The translations under genes and the position numbers were made by a program. DNA of 61,538 nucleotides, filler included, from Choristocarpus tenellus KU-1152 (Eukaryota; Protista; Phaeophyceae), in assembly GCA_964200185.2 (NCBI GenBank). It is 14 parts of 14 records of this genome, joined end to end, with 100 filler letters (N's around TTAATTAATTAA, not from the genome) between each part and the next. Parts side by side here need not be neighbours in the genome. Positions count along the whole stretch, not along the records: positions 39,146 to 45,533 come from CAXNAD020008244.1; positions 45,634 to 48,882 come from CAXNAD020021270.1; positions 48,983 to 52,827 come from CAXNAD020017605.1; 11 more parts are not named here. One strand, given 5' to 3'. The notes under the pieces were generated by a model. It was given only the letters and a program-made list of their open reading frames with translations, was not told the origin of the DNA and did not search any database. Position 1 is the first letter of the stretch. Every line of letters starts with the position of its first letter. Shown here in pieces: positions 39,869 through 52,927 of the stretch.

Positions 39869-40122
39869 AAGGTGCTATTGCTGTTGTACATACCCAAGTT
39901 TTATTCTTACCAAACATAAAAATATTAAATATATCTTCATCACTGGGGCCACACTGCAGAGAGGATAGGGAGGGTGGGAGTGTATACTTGAAAAAGAAAA
40001 GAGTACCATCATATTTGTGTTGAAAGAAAAAATGCAAAACATCCACGTTGGTGCATCAATGATAACAATCACTGTATGAATAAATACCTGTCACACAGAT
40101 GCATACATGGATATAGATAAAC

Positions 40123-40157
<35 letters not shown>

Positions 40158-40260
40158 TGCCTGGAAGGTGGTGCACACTCTTAATAAAAAACATACCAAC
40201 CTTCTGGAGCAAACCACTGTTTTATTATTCTGCTATATAAATTAGTACATAAACTAATAC

Positions 40261-43084
40261 CTCAAAACAAAGGCCTCCTAATATCTCCGGAAACTCTTCC
40301 ACCAGTGGGCAGTGTATCTCCTCCCAGTCTCTTAGCACCTTGAATTTGATAGAGAATTTGATAGAGAATTTGAGAATGCAAGAGCACAAATAAAATAAAA
40401 ACTACAACAGTGGGATACATACTCAGAAATTTCTAGAGGAAAATTGGGTATGACTGCACCAAGTCCAAGCACATGAAAAATACCCCCACCCTCATCGTAC
40501 AGTACACAATGGTATCATCACACACACACCACAGAAAATAAGAAATGACACAACTATATTTCCTGAGTAAAAAAGAAAAAACTCTGGTAAGACATGTGAT
40601 ATCTTCTACTCACTGCTTATAGACATATACAAATGTACATGTCTGCCAGTTGTAATTACAGCAACAGGTGTAACAATGTGTGCTCATCCTTATCTCCACA
40701 ACAACACAAAACAACAAACCAAAACAAACAGCATAGGATAGAGGATAAATAGCATAGGAGTGAAAGTATGTTAGGGTTAGGGTACGAGTTTTGTCCCTCT
40801 TGTCCGTTTAGGGTTTGACTTCCCACAGTTTTGTTTAATAACATTTTTCTATTCTGAAATATTTCGGAGCATTTAAAATGTGTACGTTTTGGGGTAGGTA
40901 TCATTTATATGTCTGGAACAAAGATATTGACACTTCCTAACAAACACAATAGCCAAAATTACATCAAAAGTGCAACATTGGATTTTGGTCCCCCAAATGG
41001 ACATGGCTCTACCCTCTAAGATACATTGACTCATAGGATAGAGGACAAACAGCATAAGATAGAGGATAAACCCTAACCCTAAGATAGAGGATAAAGCGAA
41101 GGGAAAATCTCTCAATGAAAAAAACACGCAAAGTCCCATCAATAGTACCATGGACAGACAGATAGCAGTAAAATCATTTGCCAACCCTTGCTGTAACATC
41201 TTGGCACCCTAACCCTAACCCTATAGAGTTTTGAACAGCTAGAAGTATCTCTGTCTTGTTGTACACACTCAAAGGATTGCGTTACCCACCTGAGCATCCA
41301 TCATTTCCGTCAGGACTCCCACCATGGTTTTCTTCAGCCAAGCACGCTCTTGAGTTGACCAACGGAGAGGAGTGTCGACATCATCCGGCAGTGTCCTAGT
41401 GGGACAATTCACGCCCAACATAGGAGTTCCACACCCAACAGGGGAGTTTGGCGTAGTATCAGCTAGGGTTAGGGTTGTGGTCATGGTTAGGGTTAGGGTG
41501 GAAGTGAGGAACCTCTGTGCCGTTGTGACCTCATCAAACTTGAACTATACAGAACTGTCTCAATTAGTTTTACTAATTTCTTGCGCTATCACCTGATGTA
41601 GTGGACCCAGAAACTGTCCTCCGCCTTCCTCTTCTCACACATAAGGTGCAGGGCCAATACCTACTTAGGTGTGAGGGGAGGGTTGAGGTTGACAAAGAAG
41701 GCATGGGGTGTGAAGCTTCTACACAAGTCAAGGCCTGGTAACAAAATCAAGCTGCTGCGCCTTTGCCTGTTCCTTCTGATTCATTACCTAGTCTTGTCTC
41801 CAACAGTGAGACTGTCCAATGCCTGCGCATTGTTGTTGGGAGCGATGGGATGATCGACACGGTGGAAATGTTGTAGATAGGAGTACCAATCTATCAACAG
41901 ATATCACATCACTAGCACATCAACATCAAAGTATCTTCCATGCCAATTTGAAGGCATCAATAGTTCATAGCGCTCAATCAAGGTGGAGGGTCAACAAGCT
42001 AGAGGCAATGTATGGTTGGCGAATTATCAATGGTTGAGAGGACACTTTCCGGCGCAGGTAGTAGTAGCCTTTGCATGAACCTCTACACCGCAGCGTTAAC
42101 ACTTGTTATTCATCGAGAGTATTGCTACACAAGGCCATCTACCTCGTCCGGGGCATCCCGCAGTCCTGGGGCTGCTTCTAGCACCACTCCTAGCTCGGAG
42201 GCTTCCGCCTGCTTGGTAGGGGGGGATGGGGAGTAACGACAGACGGATTGGGATAAAAATCTCCACAATAGATAGAAGCATTAAATGATCATTTGTTAAT
42301 GATGGAAGCGCATCATTTGCAATGTTAGGACGACGTGAGAGCACATGCACAGTCACAGCTACCTTCATTTTGATTGGTGACGAAGAAAACATGGTCAAGG
42401 TGTATCAAAATACAATGGTGGAGGCATTAAGAATTTTGCAGAGCCATGAGCGGTATGTTTCCAAGCACATATACCTTGGAATTTATGCCACTGTGCCTAG
42501 GAACCAAACATCCTCCGCACACTAATCCTGACCTTCAAATAGTTACTCCTTGGCAATTTGCACTGGGACGGGCTCATTATAATGGATTCTATACCGATCT
42601 ACTTATCTCTTTACTATCCGAGAAAGTAGGAGAGGTATCGACACCACCTTGCCAGCCATGCGAAAACGAGGCAAAATGCCGACTTCCAACGGTCGAGAAT
42701 TCCATTGGCGCAGGCTACGTTCGTCCTTTGTGTAAAGCCTTGATCATCAACGCTACTGTGCAACTAGGGTTGAACTGAGCAAAAAACATAACTTGACATA
42801 TCGTGCAATTCACTCGCCATGATTCAGTATTTCACGTTCCTAATAATACCGTCAACAATCACCGTTTCCAAGGTCATACAGGTGCAAAGAGGTATTGTCA
42901 TGACCACATCCCCCTTTTGGATGTCCTTGGAGGCTACCAGACTAAGACTGATTTCCCCCCCAAGGTTTACAATATCAAGCTTGGAGACGGAGCCACCGTG
43001 GGCTAGAAACCATGGCACAAGTGGATGAACCTGACTATCTATGTCCCTCTGACCCTTCCTATTCCCCTGTGCTTGACTCGACAT
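40261..43084 (-). CDS. SET-domain protein methyltransferase (SETD3/Rubisco-LSMT family), exons 43084-42863, 42208-42143, 41660-41593, 41395-41290, 40338-40261, 3'-partial
   Basis: MSSQAQ...LVPWFLAHGGSVSKLDIVNLGGEISLSLVASKDIQKGDVVMTIPLCTCMTLET|AEASELGVVLEAAPGLRDAPDE|VLALHLMCEKRKAEDSFWVHYIR-TLPDDVDTPLRWSTQERAWLKKT...Q|VLRDWEEIHCPLVEEFPEILGGLCFE. It shows the typical A.KDI.KG.VV..IP, LAL.L..E, SFW..YI..LP and PL.WS motifs, with consistent phases. Confidence 0.92.
40758..41032. mobile_element. Type-A MITE in SET-gene intron
   Basis: Runs GAGTGAAAGTAT...AGATACATTGACTC with a 4-bp ATAG/ATAG duplication. Confidence 0.85.
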
Positions 43085-43618
43085 CACGTGGCAGGTCACA
43101 GCGAGGTTTATGTCCAACTTTTTTAAATTACCAAGTAGTGTTTTTTTTTATTCAGCTCATGAACCTTCCGCCTTCCAACATACAACAAAGGAACATCACA
43201 ACATGAAACGCACAACTTATTTCTGTTCAAATGCACTTTCGTACAATAAGAAATCGCAACAAGTGAAGAGGGAAAGGGTTTGGGGCAACAGTAGTCCTGC
43301 CCTGGGAGGGTTTTGGGCGGCATTGCCGCTAGTGCCCTAGACTGGACTTGCTTCTGGTCTTTGCTCACCAACCACAGGAACTGACTATAGAAGCAAAAAA
43401 ACAATACCTTTCCATAGCCAACCACTCCAAAAAGGGCAGACTATTCAAAATCAAAGTTGCGGTGGGGTTGCGGGAAGAATTTGGGAATTAATGTTGACGC
43501 AGAGAGTACAATTCTGCGCACATTATTTTGGTAGGGTGAAGTGTGAAAGGGTGTCAGGTTGTGAAGAGCTCGTAGGACGCTTGAAAAGAATGGTAGTTTG
43601 AATGTTGTATTCAAGGCG
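43085..43618. promoter_or_regulatory. Probable bidirectional promoter region between divergent SET and RGS genes
   Basis: 534 bp separate the two head-to-head ATGs on one contig. Confidence 0.5.
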
Positions 43619-44955
43619 ATGGGGTGCAGCTCATCGACGAGGAATGCATCAATCAATCGTTTAAGGCTAGTTGGCAGAGGTGTCACTGAGCTGGTGCATG
43701 TCAACAGTAGATCTTCGGCGAGAATCAACATCGTGCAAGGACAAGCTGGAAACGGGGATGGGACTCTCTTATTCGAAGGTCTGCCCTCCTCCGAGGTGAG
43801 CATGCTTGTTCTTTGCATTCCTGTCCTTCTTTAGTCACTGCGATGCTATGGCTGCATTGCTCACATGCTAAACTACGCTACTCAAATCGTGACATAGCCT
43901 ATATTCGAAGCACCCAAGGAGGATAAAAAATGAAACACACGAAACATACGAAAGCAACTAACGTTCCGAATGAGATCGGTGCCCCCTTCTCGGCAGCATA
44001 TTCCCTGGTACCTACACTCCAATACCTCAGACAACGATATATTCATAGTCCGTGGGACTTGAACGAATCAAGAAAGTATCGATCATTACGAGAAGGTGTG
44101 CGTTTCGATTGTGGGTAATAATATTGATGAGTTGACTATCTTCCTTTCTCTATTCTTAGTCCTCAAACTACAAGAAACGTTACCCATTGCCATCTATAAG
44201 CTCCTCATTCCTGGCCTCGAAATTCGTCTAGTGCTCTCCTCCTCACCATCGTTACGTTGGGAATGTCCATCATGATCATAGTTGAAACCCCTCGTTGCAC
44301 CAGCATTATCATCCTATTCATCAATATTTTACCACCACACCTGCCCCCCTTGACATCAATTTGATATTTCAAGTGACAACAATTTTATAGAAAGTGGAAA
44401 AAACTGGCGGAAAGAGGGCTACCATGGCGATTATGCACACAGTCCCCTACTTCCAGATGATGCTGAAGACGTCACTGAGCACGTAGAGTTACTCGCTATG
44501 CTTGATTGCCCAGGCATGTATTTGCTATCCTGTTGGGGGAAGGGGATGGTGTGAAAACTCTTCATTTCTACTTCCATACAAAAAACAGTATGGTCTCCAT
44601 GAGAGTAGTGAATGATGGATAAAAGTCTTTACACCATCATCCCTTTAATGGTTTCATGGTGTGAGAGTCAGATATTTGTTGCAGACACAAACCTCCATTT
44701 CGGGATACTTGATGAAGGAACACCATTAGCAACAATAGCAGCAGTGGTCTTCTTGTACCCAACGCTGAGCCTAACACTCACCTTTTACCTTTCTCACACT
44801 GATCGACACAATCCTGGGCTTCATCAGCCGGGCAGCGCTTCCTGGGCACATTTGCAAAAGAAGTAGGGATGCAGGCCCACTTCTTCCTCTGGAGTGATAT
44901 ACAGGAATATCGAGCAATACCAACCCCTGACTATCGATTATCAAAAGCCAATCAG
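43619..44955 (+). CDS. N-myristoylated RGS (regulator of G-protein signalling) homology-domain protein; exons 43619-43795, 43975-44095, 44457-44513, 44828-44955, 3'-partial
   Basis: Starts MGCSSS (myristoylation plus palmitoylation consensus). ...VELLAMLDCPAGQRFLGTFAKEVGMQAHFFLWSDIQEYRAIPTPDYRLSKANQ matches the RGS helix pattern L.dp.G...F..Fa......FW.di.eY.......R...A. Phases are consistent, and a CTAAC branch point lies at 43958. Confidence 0.75.
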
Positions 44956-45633
44956 GTATCACAGACTCCAGAGTTTCTTGCAGTTTCCAAACAATATATT
45001 TTTGACCTTTATGTCTTCCAATGGCAAAATCATGCAACAACAAAGAGGAAAAGAGAGTATTGCCGTGATGTAGAGCATAGAACAAACTAAACAAAAAACT
45101 TGAGTAATATCACAGATTTTGCAAAACAAACTCAAGTTACCAGTAGAATTTTAGAATAACCTCCATTACTACCACATATTTAGTCGATATACTGATATCT
45201 TGGGGGGCAACAATGAGACTATTTGCCATGGCCATTTTTCACACTGCTGTGTCATCATCATGGCCTCTAGAACTGCTGCCACCTCATTCCCTCAAGAGAA
45301 ATCGTCCAAGCAAAGCAAGTGACAGATATTTGATGTAGCGTAGGTCAGCCTCATTGGAGGTGAATACACTAAGTTCAGAGGTATGTTAGTGCTTCAAACA
45401 GGCCATGACCTATTCTATCCTCCAAAAATCGACATAAAATTGTGAAGTTTAGAATACGCAACTCTGCCAATGCATTGAAGAGCCAAAGTATCTTAGAGGG
45501 TAGAGCCGCGTCCATTTGGGGGTCAAAATCCAANNNNNNNNNNNNNNNNNNNNNNNNNNNNNNNNNNNNNNNNNNNNTTAATTAATTAANNNNNNNNNNN
45601 NNNNNNNNNNNNNNNNNNNNNNNNNNNNNNNNN

Positions 45634-45800
45634 CATACATAAACGTTGTGTAGAGCCCAACTGAAATATACGGAAACATATATCTGGCTCTACCTTTCCT
45701 CCATTACTCCACTATTCCTTTACTCCATTACTCCATTTATCTTTCCTGATCTACTCCACCGATGGTGTCTATAGTGTATCAGCAGCACTATCTACGAACA
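45634..45800 (-). mobile_element. LTR 5' portion (same family as 20376), cut by contig start, with a short internal (GGAGTAAT)-type expansion
   Basis: The reverse complement TGTTCGTAGATAGTGCTGCTGATACACTATAGACACCATCGGTGGAGTAGA...AGGAAAGGTAGAGCCAGATATATGTTTCCGTATATTTCAGTTGGGCTCTAC matches 20376-20480. Confidence 0.8.
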
Positions 45801-47967
45801 ACTGGTACTGGTACTCTGGACCTCCATTGCTGTGTCTGACTAGTCCACAAGTTTCCTTTGTTTCAATTCTTCTCCTGCTGCATTTGTTTCTACATTTGTC
45901 GCCCTCTCTCTCTCTATACTTCCGCATCCCATCACGAGTTTGAGAAGATGAACAAAAAAAGTGTGTAAGATATCAATTGTAGATAATCATAACATACGTA
46001 CCATTGGTCGAAGATGCAGCATCATCATCCTCTCCAATCATACTCCCAAGTCCTTCTTGCCAGGTGTTGCCAACAATGCACTGCTGTCAATGATGAAAAA
46101 CTGAGTGCATAATTCTAACCGTTGATGCGTATGGTCTTGAGTTTTACTATGGAGTGAAATATTTGTTTAGGGGGACGTGCATCTCTTTTCATTCTGTGGT
46201 AATTTGTGATTACACTGCGGTTGAGTCTGATAATTATTGGATGCAGGAGATGACAGAGATGCAAGGATTCGGTGGCTGGGTGCAGCTCATGTCTGCACAA
46301 CTGATGGTACGATAGGAGAGGGACTACCTGGAACAAATGATCATGCTGCTGGGATATACTCAGTATTATTAGCAGTATCTGTGTCTTGTTATTCGCACTA
46401 TAGTGTTTCATGTCCACGGTTATTTTACACAAGTAATTGAGAGGTAGGCAGGTTTTAGCCTTTTTGCCTTAACGTAATGTTTCTTTTCCTTGGGTATATA
46501 CCATATTCCACTGCTTTATGTGTACAATAGTCCATAGAATTCATATCCCCCTTTCCACACTCGAAATGACACCACAGTTCGGCAAAGAAAGGCTCTTTCT
46601 GTAATTGTACAAAAGTGTGTACTTTGGCCATTATTTCTTGGGAACCTTACAATGCAACCTTACCTATCTCTCGATTTCATTGACTCTTTGCGTATCTGTC
46701 GTGGGGGGGGGTATATGCATTCTGCAGTACCTTAATGTGTCACATGGTAAGTACCACATGCATTCTGCTCAAAATCGAGTATTCTATTCTGAGTTTTTTT
46801 TACTTTTCATGCGATTGATGTAATGGGATGTTAGGTCCGTGCAAGCTACCTGAGTCTAGATCAACCAGATGAGTCGAGCATCAAAAACATTCCCGAGCTC
46901 AAAACGTATATACGAATGTTCTAGTAAACCTATTAGTATATGCCATTAATGAATGGTGGAGAGGGAAGTTTGAGTTGGAATTGAACCTGTAGTCATTGTA
47001 AGTCAAAGTGCAGGTAGGTTACCTGCTCCAGAAGTACTTTCTAGCCACAGGAATTACTTGAAGATTACTTACTGTGTTGAGAAAACATAATGCATAACTA
47101 GCTTCAAGGTGGGAGTAGGAGCAGTTTTACTTTTTTTGTTGCGTATTGGGTTTAGCAACATCGGGCGGTCAAGTTACACATAAAAAAAATATTATGTATT
47201 TACTACGTTAAACGACAATTGTACTCCGAGAATATTGTACAGTACGCAGGAACCGAGTAGATAGAAGTGAAGCTGCAAATAGCGAATGTTGCAATAGTGA
47301 CAATCTCTTGTTGTGCCGTGCAGCTCAAGCTAGAGACACCGGTTTGGTGGGCAAAACGGCGCTTGACAGAGTCGTGGGACTCTTTCCTTGTTTCTAGACT
47401 GCCTTCATACCATCAGTTAATAGAAACTTCAGTCAATTTGTCTTCGAGGGTTTCTCGTCTTCAAATACGCTACATCTCTTCTTGCTGGTGTATTTGAATG
47501 AAGTTCCTGTAAGCAATGCAGACTCTGTTGTTATTTCGTGTATGTTTCATTCTTTACCTTGTTGTACATAAAAATAAAATGAAAATATAGAGAGAGATGT
47601 TTGGCACACATGGAAGTGGGTACGTCATCTCTAAAAACGATCATATATTCAGACACCACAAAACCAGCCAATAACGTAGGTAGAGAGAGTGAAGGTTGAA
47701 GTTGAAGGATCAGTGTGGCTGTTTAGAATCAGATATGGATGTTGAGTCCTACATAGACTTAAGGAACGAAACTCCATGTAGTGCCTGTATTGCAAAGTAA
47801 TTGAGTGGCTTTTGCAGGTCTGAATGTTTGGGAGTGAAGCTGAAGTAGTGGTTAGACGATTTGATAGAGTGAAGGCATGTTGCATTACTGATGTTGTTGT
47901 GCGGTGTTCATCTTCATATGTGTTGTCGACACAGGGTTCATCTTGATCTTCTGTAGATGTTTGCAGG

Positions 47968-48146
47968 ATGTACAAGTTGATTGCAGAGAGGGGGAAACGA
48001 CACTGGTACCAAAAAGTCCGACATTCGACACACGACTCATTATTTGTTCACCTGATGCGGTGCTAGGCGAGACCTCCAACATCACTTATTACGTTGTTCC
48101 CGAGGAAGGGGGAGAATGCAACCATGAGGCAAACTCATCATTGTAA
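47968..48146 (+). CDS. Possible terminal exon of a hypothetical protein (DVQVDCREGETTLVPKSPTFDTRLIICSPDAVLGETSNITYYVVPEEGGECNHEANSSL*)
   Basis: A pyrimidine-rich CAG acceptor, an open frame to TAA and protein-like composition. No family is recognised. Confidence 0.3.
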
Positions 48147-51100
48147 CCACCAGAACCACCATCAAGGCTATGGAACTATATGTTTGATCAGGGCCAAAAG
48201 AAACGAGACTCCTTAAGAGTGATAAAACGAGTGACCAAGTTCCAACTACTCCTGAGTACAACCTAAGTTCTCTTCCCAAGATATAAGAAAATGATTCCTT
48301 GTGTGTGCACGCACACAGGTTAGGGTTAGTAATCATTGTTACACACATATTAACACATTTTTTGTCCTTTTTATTTATGTTCGTTTCTTCTTTATTCCAT
48401 CCTGAACATCTCATTGCTTTACTTGCTGCAATAGAATATATGCAAGTATAGACAATCGTAAGATTTTTTTCATATGAAGAAACTGTGAACTACATAATAC
48501 ACCCAATTCTTGCGACAGGTCACGGGAACACCAACCTGCGTGTGACACACAAGGATTAATTGAATTTGTAACTCAGTACATAGGATGATGTGGTTGAAGA
48601 AGCTAAATTCAGTCTTTTGTTGTGCCCACCTTAAACTTTACGGAATCTCGTTTCTTCTGGTCCTGATCAGGACATAGGTGGTCAACAAGGCTCATCCTGA
48701 TCTTGGTGGTTACAAGATTGTGTTTGATTCGTGGTTGCATCCTCCTCTTTCCTTGTCGGTAATGATATATAACCAAAGTCCGAGTTCTCCTCTGCTTACG
48801 CGTCATCGGGTGAACAAATTATTCATGATGTTTGCATGTCAGACTTCTGGACTGGAGACCCAAAGTATCTGGGAGGGGGGGGNNNNNNNNNNNNNNNNNN
48901 NNNNNNNNNNNNNNNNNNNNNNNNNNTTAATTAATTAANNNNNNNNNNNNNNNNNNNNNNNNNNNNNNNNNNNNNNNNNNNNGGGATGGGTGGGTGGGAA
49001 AGTATCTCGAGTGTTAAAATGGTTTCAAGTCCTTTCGGGTGGGGTGGTATGTTGTCAGGTTTGCATCTATATTTTGCAAGCAAGATGATATGTGTCAGCC
49101 TTCTGAAGCGCTAGGTTCTTTTCTTACCTAGCCACTTGTACGGTGTTTGAAGTCCCAGGCTGATGTTATCGTTAAGTTACAGAATGATCTGAGGTGTACC
49201 AAGGTTTTTGGTCTCTCTGTATGCGTGTAGATGGGAGGGTTATACGATGTAGGGTTCAAGAAATACCCCCGAGAAAAAAATTATCGCTTTGGAGGGGCTG
49301 AAGTACTTGCACCTGCGTTGATGTTAGGGTGCAGGAAGATTTGTGTGGGAGTAAATTTTGCACTGATACATTCCATTCTTCTGTAAATTGCAAGTTACAA
49401 ATTTGTACTCTGTTGTAGTCAGTGCCACAATAACGCTCTTTCCTCCTGATGTTCATGCTTTTGAACTGTACATGCTTCAAGTTGCACGTGATTGGTCAAC
49501 ATCCGCTGAATGCAATGAGTTGCAATTGCTAACCCGATGCCTACTGCTCTCCCCACCCCCCTGGCCTTACCCACCTCTGATTTTGTTAACAGTTTCGTCG
49601 TGTATGGCAGTTTTAATCTTTTACAGAAGGTGTAATCTTGGGTGACCCTTGCAATAGCTGCAAACTCGGGCAAAGACTTGCCTGCTGCTTCACACAAGGG
49701 GATGGAGCGGATTACTTTTATGTCCTAGTGCACTGGACAGTCTTCACTGGGAGTCATTTTGGATCCTCCACGTTCGACATAACAGTGACTTTTGTTTCTC
49801 CAATAATGGCCAGCCACATACACCAGACTTTCAAAGGTGGTGGAAGAGAGGATGGTCTCTACTCAAATCCTTAGTGCCAGATGTACCTTTGTGCAGACTG
49901 TTCACCACAACACAGTACACATTTTATTACATCAATTTTTTTCCACTGCTACCGTAGTGTTAAAAAACACACTTTTATCCATTGGAAGTGTTAAAAAAAA
50001 AACTTTTAGGCATTGGGGTATGGACCGGGTCTCAGCTGGTGTGTTTCTACCATAACACTAACTACATCGTTTCGCAGAGGTAGGATTGTTGTTTCCACCA
50101 TAACACTAACCCTACTCCCAGGGCATATAGGATTTAACAGCACCCCTGCTTAAGTAGCGGTGTTTCAAGGGGAAGCGATGTAAGGAGTATGGTGCTGTAC
50201 AGGCTAGGTGGTGTTTTCAGGTATTGATTCACTTCAGAAATGACCACTGGGTGCTTGACTTGGTTCACCTGTCTATTTCAGAAGAGATACTCTCATTAAT
50301 ATTTTTCACAGGGTGTGCTCTTCCTTTTGAGAAGGTTGGGATGGATTATTGCCTTGATGCAGTTGCTGCTTCAGCCCACCTTGTCACTAGTGTGTTCCTT
50401 TGTACAATGTTGTATGGGTTAATTTAGCAGTCACAGCTAAGTGACTCGTATTCATTTAATCAAAGTTGATTTGTCCTATACACATCTTCATGTGCTGTAT
50501 GTGGAAGGCAGATACAGCATTAACTAGTTCAACATTCTTTAATATTGTTGGTTATGCCACCTCAGCTGATATTACCACACCATGACTGATAATACCACAT
50601 CATATTCTCGGCAAAGGTTGAAGAATATCACTGGACGAGCGAGTAACCATACATCTACGCCAACACTTGCTTGTGGCCTTGAAATACCTAGCTATCATTA
50701 CACGTGCTCAAGTGACTTTTGGCACACAAAATCTGACCACTTGGCAGAGTTGTGTAAGGTCATGGGGAATACCTGGTAAGGATGAGTGCTTGGCCCCATA
50801 TATTATGTGTGTAAAATGGCAAGGAAAGCACTTTGGTGTACAGCTGACAATCAATCCTGCAGACTACATTCATGACAAAAATTTCATATTACTTGTATAA
50901 TATCTATGACTGTATTACTTTTTTTCCTTATAGGATGTGCAAATCAAATCCCAGTTCTTCTTAACTACCAGGACAAGAGAGCACTACCTGACAACTAGTT
51001 GGTACCCCCCTCATCCAATGAGCTATATATCTATTATACAAACTTCTGATCACATATCGAACATTGGGGGAGGGCAGATATTCTCGCTACTGCTTCCGAG

Positions 51101-51382
51101 TATCTGGAGTATCTACTGTACATACAGAAATAATAGAGAACCATACCAATGGTAATACCAAGTGTAATGGTACATACATATATCAACACAAGTATGCTGG
51201 TGCTGACCTTGGTGGTCAACAGTCACAATTGGTGCGACCAAGCTATAACAAGCAAAATTGGTGAAGGAATGACTCTGACAAACACATAATACCTATCCAA
51301 GTCCACATACTAACTGCTCTTTCCTCAATTTATCTCAAAGAGCAAACAATAACATACAACAACTAAGAGCACTTACCACAAC

Positions 51383-51570
51383 AACCAAAGGTTCCCCCAC
51401 ATGTGGTAAGTCGTGTAGAGCACCACTAGACAACCCCAGCCTACCATGGGTACACAACAGAAACAATGAGCATAACCAAAGGCTCCCCCACATGTGGTAA
51501 GTCATGTAGAGCACCACTAGACAACCCCAGCCTACCATGGGTACACAACAGAGTCAATGAGCACAACCAA
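51383..51570. repeat. ~92-bp tandem duplication
   Basis: AACCAAAGG.TCCCCCACATGTGGTAAGTC.TGTAGAGCACCACTAGACAACCCCAGCCTACCATGGGTACACAACAGA occurs twice. Confidence 0.9.
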
Positions 51571-51871
51571 AGACATGAAAAAAACGCATAGACAAAGCAA
51601 TTGCTGCCAATGCAAACATTTATGGAATGTGGAGACACCCTGAAATAACGTCTGGGTGTCTCACTCACCGCCTTGTTTCCTTTGGAAAACACATGTAATA
51701 CTCAGCACATGGTCTCTGAAATAGAGCAGCATTAGCAGTGCTTGTCGGCCCTGAAAATAGATGAAGGTGCGAAACCTGGTCCTTGCTTCCTCCCTTTGGG
51801 ATCACGAACACAAACCAATCTTAACCCACACAGTACCACAGTACCACTGTTGTGGGCTGACACCAACGGGA

Positions 51872-52281
51872 TCAGTGCGTGATGACCCTCACACCTCCAA
51901 GGTGTTGTATCTTGTACTTGAAGACAGAGTCGATGCATGTTATGAACATCTTGTTCTGTTTCAGTGTGGGGAAGGGAAGGGAAGGTCAACAAGGAATAGC
52001 AGCGGTCTGTAAAGAGGGTCAACAACCAAGTTGTTGCAGAGTACACACTGGAGTCTTAAGCATGAAGATCAGCCTACAAAGCAAATAATTACCTAGAGAA
52101 CACCAACAAATAAAAGCCTCAATAGATTGAATCAACTATTCGTTGGCCCACTGTAAGACCCACCTTATCCACACCCAGCTCCCTTGAGAGCCACTCTATC
52201 ATTCCTGGATTGAACTCCCCTGTGACGGTTAGCAGTGATATCTTGATCTTCGGGTACATCGTGTCAAACATCTCAATATGA
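51872..52281 (-). CDS. C-terminal exons (52281-52164, 51955-51872) of an APC-superfamily amino-acid permease
   Basis: HIEMFDTMYPKIKISLLTVTGEFNPGMIEWLSRELGVDK|NKMFITCIDSVFKYKIQHLGGVRVITH*. This matches the YP...I....V.G.F.P..I..LS..L.V..N.MF...LGGVR.I tail known from fungal and stramenopile amino-acid permeases. Confidence 0.8.
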
Positions 52282-52327
52282 CTGCCAGCAGCAAGAGTTA
52301 ACAGGTATTCAAAATATTGCATATATG

Positions 52328-52500
52328 GTACAGTAGTATGTGTCAAAAAAGAGTTGAACTGAAACAATATTAAACATAGTACTGGTACCACATAGTACTT
52401 GTATCACATAGTACAGTAGTATGTGTTAAAAACGAGTGAACTGGAACAATATTAAACATAGTACTGGTACCACATAGTACTTGTATCACATAGTACTTGC
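52328..52500. repeat. ~83-bp tandem duplication in intron
   Basis: GTACAGTAGTATGTGT...ACAATATTAAACATAGTACTGGTACCACATAGTACTTGTATCACATAGTAC occurs twice. Confidence 0.85.
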
Positions 52501-52927
52501 ACCATGTAGCATGATAGTACACTAGTAAATCGATATTGGATATGTTCGTTATCGCCACAGGGCAACTTGGAACTCCTTGCCAGATGTCATCACAACAATG
52601 TTACTTCAAGTTTATGTATGTAGCATATGTAGTGTATTCATGTTACATGGGGAGAACAAAGAAGCAAGAATAGACATGCTATGAAAATTGATGTAATCCT
52701 CAAACAAGCATTAGGCCACTCTACCTGCCTTGTGCAGCAGGGTCGAAGTATCTGAGGTGGGGGTGTCGGCGTCCGTTTTTCACCCTTTTTTCGATTATCA
52801 CTTTTTTGGTATGATTTGGTTGCACGTNNNNNNNNNNNNNNNNNNNNNNNNNNNNNNNNNNNNNNNNNNNNTTAATTAATTAANNNNNNNNNNNNNNNNN
52901 NNNNNNNNNNNNNNNNNNNNNNNNNNN

